Shown here: positions 62,557-64,000 of the stretch, piece after piece | Layout: every line of letters begins with the position of its first letter | Position numbering within the stretch: position 1 is the stretch's first letter | Virus record (IMG/VR): IMGVR_UViG_3300049911_000129 | Coordinates: 1 to 64,000 of that record | Direction: 5' to 3' (one strand) | DNA: 64,000 bases | Source of the DNA: a virus | Made by a program: the position numbers and the translations under genes | The notes under the pieces: generated by a model | Database searches by the model: none | Seen by the model: the letters and a program-made list of their open reading frames with translations, nothing else | What the model was told of the DNA's origin: nothing

Positions 62557-62935
62557 GTGGGACCGTGAGCCGCCGCAGACGGCGCTGACGCGGCCGCACA
62601 GGCGCCTCATGGACCTGCTGAGGGGCATGGGACTGGAGGTGCGGGCCGAGGTCAGGGTCGGGCGGTACGTGCTCGACATCCTGGTGGACGAGCTCTGGGT
62701 CGGCCTGGAGGCCGACGGCCGGGCAGCGCACGCCGGGCCGCGGAAGCGGAAGCGCGACGCCGAACGGGACGTCTGGATACTGGTCAATGCCGGGATCCCA
62801 ATCCTGCGGGTCAGCGAGTGGGAGCTCAAGACGGCCAATAGACCCGCTTTGAACATGCGGATACACGAGTTCGTTGACTCGCATTCGGAGGACACGGAGG
62901 AGAGGAGGGCGCGCGGCAGATGGGTGGTCGACTGA
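62549..62935 (+). CDS. DUF559/Vsr-like endonuclease
   Basis: GRYVLDI..LEADG..H..RDAERD..L..GIPILR. Confidence 0.8.
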   Translation: MPEWDREPPQTALTRPHRRLMDLLRGMGLEVRAEVRVGRYVLDILVDELWVGLEADGRAAHAGPRKRKRDAERDVWILVNAGIPILRVSEWELKTANRPALNMRIHEFVDSHSEDTEERRARGRWVVD

Positions 62936-63378
62936 GGGAGGTCCACGGGGAGCTGGACTACGACGGTGGGCTGACGCGGCTCAAGCACAAGCTGCAGGGC
63001 GCGCACGCCACGTGGCCACCGAGGGACGGGGTTCTGCAGATCATGCTCGACGAGCAGCAGAGCGTTCTCGACGCGATACAGGAGCGGCTGGGCGAGTCGG
63101 ATCTACCGGCGTCGCTGCGGCTCGTCGAGATGGCCGACGCGATTGTTATGGAGGCGGCGGAGCTGAAGGCGTGGCTGCCGTGGAAGCGGTGGAAGGGCGA
63201 CTACGGCCGCGAGCTCACCGACGAGGAGGAGGCCGGCGTCATCGAGGAGCTGGTCGACATCCTGCACTTCCTGATGGAGGCGCTCCTGATGGCCGGCGTG
63301 GAGTCGGAGTACGACCTGGGCGCGCTCTATCTCGCGAAGGCCGCCGTCAACAAGAAGCGGCAGGAGGACGGGTACTGA
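62920..63378 (+). CDS. Dimeric (all-alpha) dUTPase
   Basis: EAAEL..LPWKRWK..EELVDILHFL..Y..K..VN..RQ..GY. Confidence 0.85.
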   Translation: MGGRLREVHGELDYDGGLTRLKHKLQGAHATWPPRDGVLQIMLDEQQSVLDAIQERLGESDLPASLRLVEMADAIVMEAAELKAWLPWKRWKGDYGRELTDEEEAGVIEELVDILHFLMEALLMAGVESEYDLGALYLAKAAVNKKRQEDGY

Positions 63379-63412
63379 TGCCGCGAGGGTATCATATTAT
63401 AGGAGGGGACGC

Positions 63413-64000
63413 GTGAGATACGGGCCCTACATCGTATTCGAGGGGGCGGACGGGACCGGCAAGACGACGCTGGCCGAGGAGGTCGCCAGGCGGACCGGCG
63501 TCGGCTACATACACTGCGGACCGCCGGACAAGCCAGCGCTCGAATACTACCTGCAGAAGCTGCGCTCGGTCGAGGGGCCGGCCGTGGTCGACAGGCTGCA
63601 CCTCGGGAGCTACTGCTACGGGCTGCCGTTCCGCAACACGGCGGACCTCACGGAGTTCGAGGAGTGGCTGATTGAGGGGTTCCTCTGGGCGCACGGTGCG
63701 CTCCTCGTCTACTGCACGATCCCACCGGACGTCGTGGACCGCAACCTAGCGCGCGGGCCAGACAACGCGGACGCGGTGATCTACGAGGACCCCGGGAAGC
63801 GGGCGGAGGTTAGGCGCCTCTACGAGGAGAGGATGCTGACGACCGAACTGCTGTCCGTACGGTACGACTACACGAGCTGCGATCACGTCTTCGATGCCGC
63901 CGCGGCCTACGCCGAGTCCATGATCTACAGCATGTACCGGAGGCGATCCGGCCTCCCGGAGTTCGACGCCATAGGCAACACGGTCGACCCGCACTGGGTG
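63413..64000 (+). CDS. Thymidylate/deoxynucleoside monophosphate kinase-like protein, 3'-partial
   Basis: GTG start after AGGAGG; YIVFEGADGTGKTT (P-loop) and VVDR motif. Runs off the window end. Confidence 0.8.
   Translation, partial: MRYGPYIVFEGADGTGKTTLAEEVARRTGVGYIHCGPPDKPALEYYLQKLRSVEGPAVVDRLHLGSYCYGLPFRNTADLTEFEEWLIEGFLWAHGALLVYCTIPPDVVDRNLARGPDNADAVIYEDPGKRAEVRRLYEERMLTTELLSVRYDYTSCDHVFDAAAAYAESMIYSMYRRRSGLPEFDAIGNTVDPHWV

Noticed and set aside
1-64000. Archaeal virus, prophage boundaries, tRNA genes, inteins/introns
   Set aside because: Peptidoglycan hydrolases, a sigma factor and bacterial-type replisome argue for a bacterial host. I saw no integrase, att site, tRNA cloverleaf or intein motifs by eye; tRNAscan was not run.

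Overview
This window is a contiguous piece of a GC-rich tailed dsDNA bacteriophage genome (Caudoviricetes, probably siphovirus-like). Essentially all real genes are on the + strand. Layout: (1) 1-15.5 kb: four large mosaic head-region proteins, one fused to an HK97-type prohead protease. They carry HNH nuclease, three ADP-ribosyltransferase-like, HipA/PI3-4-kinase-like, zincin protease and DUF5661 modules, and share 8 copies of one ~28-aa motif (YLxPGExxPEGVxVxxGxRGGRYY), usually just after a Lys. (2) 16.5-38.9 kb: virion, lysis and tail genes: holin-like protein, GH25 endolysin, scaffold, major capsid, collagen-like fibre, adaptor, tail tube, -1 frameshift chaperone, a short tape measure, an embedded RNase HII, and a transglycosylase/M23 tail lysin. 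(3) 39-48 kb: early-type region of small ORFs with a repeated promoter motif and three copies of a conserved stem-loop leader. (4) 48-64 kb: DNA metabolism: MTase, UDG-PolA, RNA ligase, DnaB, Vsr, DnaG, sigma-like factor, SSB, RecA, dUTPase and a TMK-like kinase. The best candidate for a new system is a protease-processed, peptide-tagged capsid cargo set of injected effectors (1-15453); its function is inferred, not shown. All family calls come from motif recognition by eye; no searches were run.
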